Below, in pieces: positions 61,501 through 64,000 of a stretch of 64,000 nt of DNA. The notes beneath the pieces were generated by a model. It did not search any database. It saw nothing but the letters and a program-made list of their open reading frames with translations, and was not told the origin of the DNA. How positions within the stretch are numbered: the first letter of the stretch is position 1; each line of letters begins with the position of its first letter. The DNA is from Squalus acanthias (taxonomy: Eukaryota): positions 62,001 to 126,000 of the forward strand of contig CM059432.1 in the NCBI GenBank assembly GCA_030390025.1, read 5' to 3'. The translations under genes were made by a program, and so were the position numbers.

Positions 61501-63165
61501 GTCAGACACAAAAAACCTCCCAGAAATACGAGAAAATCAAGGGTGTGACGAGAATGAGGAACTTAAAGAAATTATTAGTAAAAAAACAGTACTAGCAAAA
61601 TTAATGGGACTAAAAGTCGATAAATCCCAAGGACCGGAAGACCTATTTCCTAGGGTTTTGAATGAGGTGGCCATTGGAATGGTGGACGCATTGGTTGTCA
61701 TCTTCCAAAATTCTATAGATTCTGGAACGGTTCCTGCAGATTGGAGGATAGCAAATGTAACCCCGCTTTTTAAGAAAGGAGGGAGAGAGAAAACGGGGAA
61801 CTACAGACCTGTTATAAAGGATGCAATAATTGGGCACTTAGAAACTAATAGTAAGATTGGGCAGAGTCAACATGAATTTATGAAAGGGAAATCCTGTTGG
61901 ACAAACCTATTGGAGTTCTTTGAGGATGGAATTAGTGGAGAAGACAAAGGGGAACCAGTAGATGTGGTGTATCTGGATTTTCAGAAAGCCTTCGATAAGG
62001 TCCCACACAAGAGGTTGGTGAACAAAATTAGGGCACATGGAATTGGGGGTAATATAATAGCATAGATTGAGAATTGGTTAACAGATAGAAAACAAAGAGT
62101 AGGGATAAACGAGTCTTTTTCAGGATGACAGGCTGTGACTTGTGGGGTACCGCAAGGATCAGTGCTTGGGCCCCAGCTATTCACAATCTATATCAATCAT
62201 TTGGATGAGGGGACTAAATGTAACATTTCCAAATTTGCTGATGATACAAAGCTAGGTGGCAGTGTCAGTTGCGAAGAGGATGTGAAGAGGCTTCAAGGGG
62301 ATCTCGACAGGTTCAGTGAGTGGGCGAGAACATGGCAGATGGAATATAATGTGGATAACTGTGAAGTTATCCACTTTGGTAGAAAAAACAGAAAGGCAGA
62401 GTATTTCCTAAATGGTGAAAGATTGGGGAATGCAGATGCTCAAAGGGACCTGGGTGTCCTTGTACATGAGTCATTGAAAGTGAATGTGCAGGTGCAGCAA
62501 ACCATTAGGAAGGCAAATGGTATGCTGGCCTTCATTACAAGAGAATTTGAGTACAGGAGTAAAGAAGTCTTACTCCAATTATATAGGGCCTTGGTGAGAC
62601 CACACCTGAAGTACAATGTACAATTTTGGTCTCCTTACCTAAGGAAGTATATACTAACCATAGAGGGAGTGCAACGAAGGTTCACGAGATTGATTCCTGG
62701 GATGGCGGGACTGTCGTATGAGAAGAGATTGAGTAAACTAGGCCTTTATTCTCTTGAATTCAGAAGAATGAGAGGGGATCTCATTGAAGCATACAAAATT
62801 ATTACAGGGCTTGATAGGGTGGATGCTGGGAGAATGTTTCGCTTGGCTGGGAGTCTAGAACCAGGGGCCACAGCCTTAGGATAAAGGGTAGGCCATTCAG
62901 GACTGAGATGAGAAGAAATGTCTTCACACAGAGGGTGGTGAATCTTTGGAATTCTCTACCCCAGAGGGCTGTGGAGGCTCAGTCATTGGGTATATTCAAA
63001 ACAGACGTCGATAGATTTCTGACTAGTAAGGGCATCAAGGGATATGGCGATAGGGCCGCTGAATGGAGTTGAGGCAGAAGATCAGCCATGATCTCATTGA
63101 ATGGCGGAGCAGGCTCGAAGGGCCGAATGGCCGACTCCTGCTCCTATTTTTCTATGTTTCTATGT
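58524..63165 (+). mobile_element. Near full-length CR1: 95-bp monomers (58524-58956), intact ORF1, ORF2 disabled by stops and frameshifts
   Basis: ORF2 broken into 60163..60405, 60577..61323, 61226..62065 and 62135..62884; (tctatgtt)n tail. Confidence 0.9.
59186..60136 (+). CDS. CR1 ORF1p (zinc finger and SGNH esterase), 316 aa
   Basis: GDS, HIGTND, DRLH; paralog of 18403..19353. Confidence 0.88.
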   Translation: MAGQLGSMECSSCAMWEVTDTFGVQGEHLCRKCLQLQLLKIHVSELELLLESLWSIREAEIFMDSTFNEVVTPQVKSAQAEREWVTARQSKRTRKVVRDSPGSLSLSNRFSVLDTAGGDGFSGECSKSQVRGTTSGSAAQEGRKKSGRAIVIGDSIVRGTDRCFCGRRRDSRMVCCLPGARVKDVTERLQDIQKGEGKQPEVVVHIGTNDIGRKRDEVLQAEYRELGNKLKSRTSKVVISGLLPVPRASESRNRRIDQMNAWLERWCRREGFKFLRHWDRFWGRWDLYKLDRLHLGRNGTNILAGGFASAVGKDLN

Positions 63166-63597
63166 TTTAATGATACTTCCCTTAAACAAGAGTTCCTGAC
63201 CGACCTGTTCTTCAATCCTTTCAGGAGTTTTATGAAGAGTCACTTATTTCTTTGCAGAAGCATCTCTCATAGAGAATACTCAGACATTTGGAGCAGAAGA
63301 TAAGACATGCTTTCCCTGCCGCACCCCCGCTGCTATCCTGTTCACCTCGGAAAGCCAGTTGCTCCGAGCCACAAGGAAGTTCGATTATTAAGAACATAAG
63401 AATTAGGAGCAGGAGTCGGCCATTCGGCCCCTCGAGCCTGCTCCGCCATTTAATGAGATCATAGCTGATCTTTGACCTCAACTCCACTTTCCCGCCTGAT
63501 CTCCATATCCCTTTGATTCCCTTAGGGGCCAAAATTCGGTTGGTTGGCGCCTCGTGTTAGAGCCTCTGGGGGGCGCTAACAGGGCGCTAGGAACTAA

Positions 63598-64000
63598 GGG
63601 TAAAAATTCACTTGGTTGCGCCTCCCGTTAGCGCCTTAAGAGGGCGCTAATGGGGCGCAAAGCCGCTAACGCCCGTGCGCAGCGATGTTTGTGCCGCTCG
63701 AGAACTTAACTTGAGATTGTGCGGCGGCGCTAAAACTTACCGCTGCGACCACCTGCGCGCGCAGATTGTGACGTCATTCCATGGTGCAACGCCCTTGGGG
63801 CGCCCCGTAGCGGAAATTGAGTGGCGCCCCCTGCCTTACCGCCTGGCGCTTCCAACGACCAGAAGACTGGAACGCTATCAATCGCTGTGGGGCTGGGGGG
63901 GGCGCTATTTAAAGGGGGCCTCTTCCGGTCTTTTATTGTTGGTGGCATTTTTGAACTACGCATTCTGAGAGAGAGAGGGAGAGACTTCTGGAGAGATTCA
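63598..64000. mobile_element. End of a second Harbinger copy (transposase-side terminus), nested in the Harbinger derivative starting at 63525
   Basis: Reverse-complement match to ~29240-29636; starts taa|gggtaaaaattca; truncated by the window end. Confidence 0.85.

Larger units (their letters stand above)
32448..64000. repeat. Segmental tandem duplication, unit 2 (runs past the window end)
   Basis: Anchors: 3493=40150, 8010=48788, 12087=52872, 18403=59186, 31681=63525. Confidence 0.92.

Overview
Repeat-dense vertebrate genomic DNA; the CR1/RTE/Penelope/Harbinger repeat landscape suggests a cartilaginous fish, but that is inference. The window is about two copies of a ~32 kb tandem segmental duplication (position 1 matches 32448; 31681 matches 63525). 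Each unit carries one intact, divergent actin-like gene with two coding exons (372 aa): join(3493..3615,8010..9005) and join(40150..40272,48788..49783). These actins keep only the codon 41/42 intron, lack the acidic N-terminus, have a 3-residue deletion near residues 200-203, and carry substitutions at several residues targeted by actin toxins. The rest is transposon-derived: many CR1 LINEs (one full-length and apparently intact, with TATA-bearing 5' monomers), RTE LINEs, a near-complete two-gene PIF/Harbinger transposon with related MITEs, solo LTRs, Penelope fragments with minimal hammerhead ribozymes, and micro/minisatellites. Comparing the units reveals filled and empty insertion sites, target-site duplications and unit-specific deletions. 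All alignments were done by eye, and actin numbering uses beta-actin recalled from memory.
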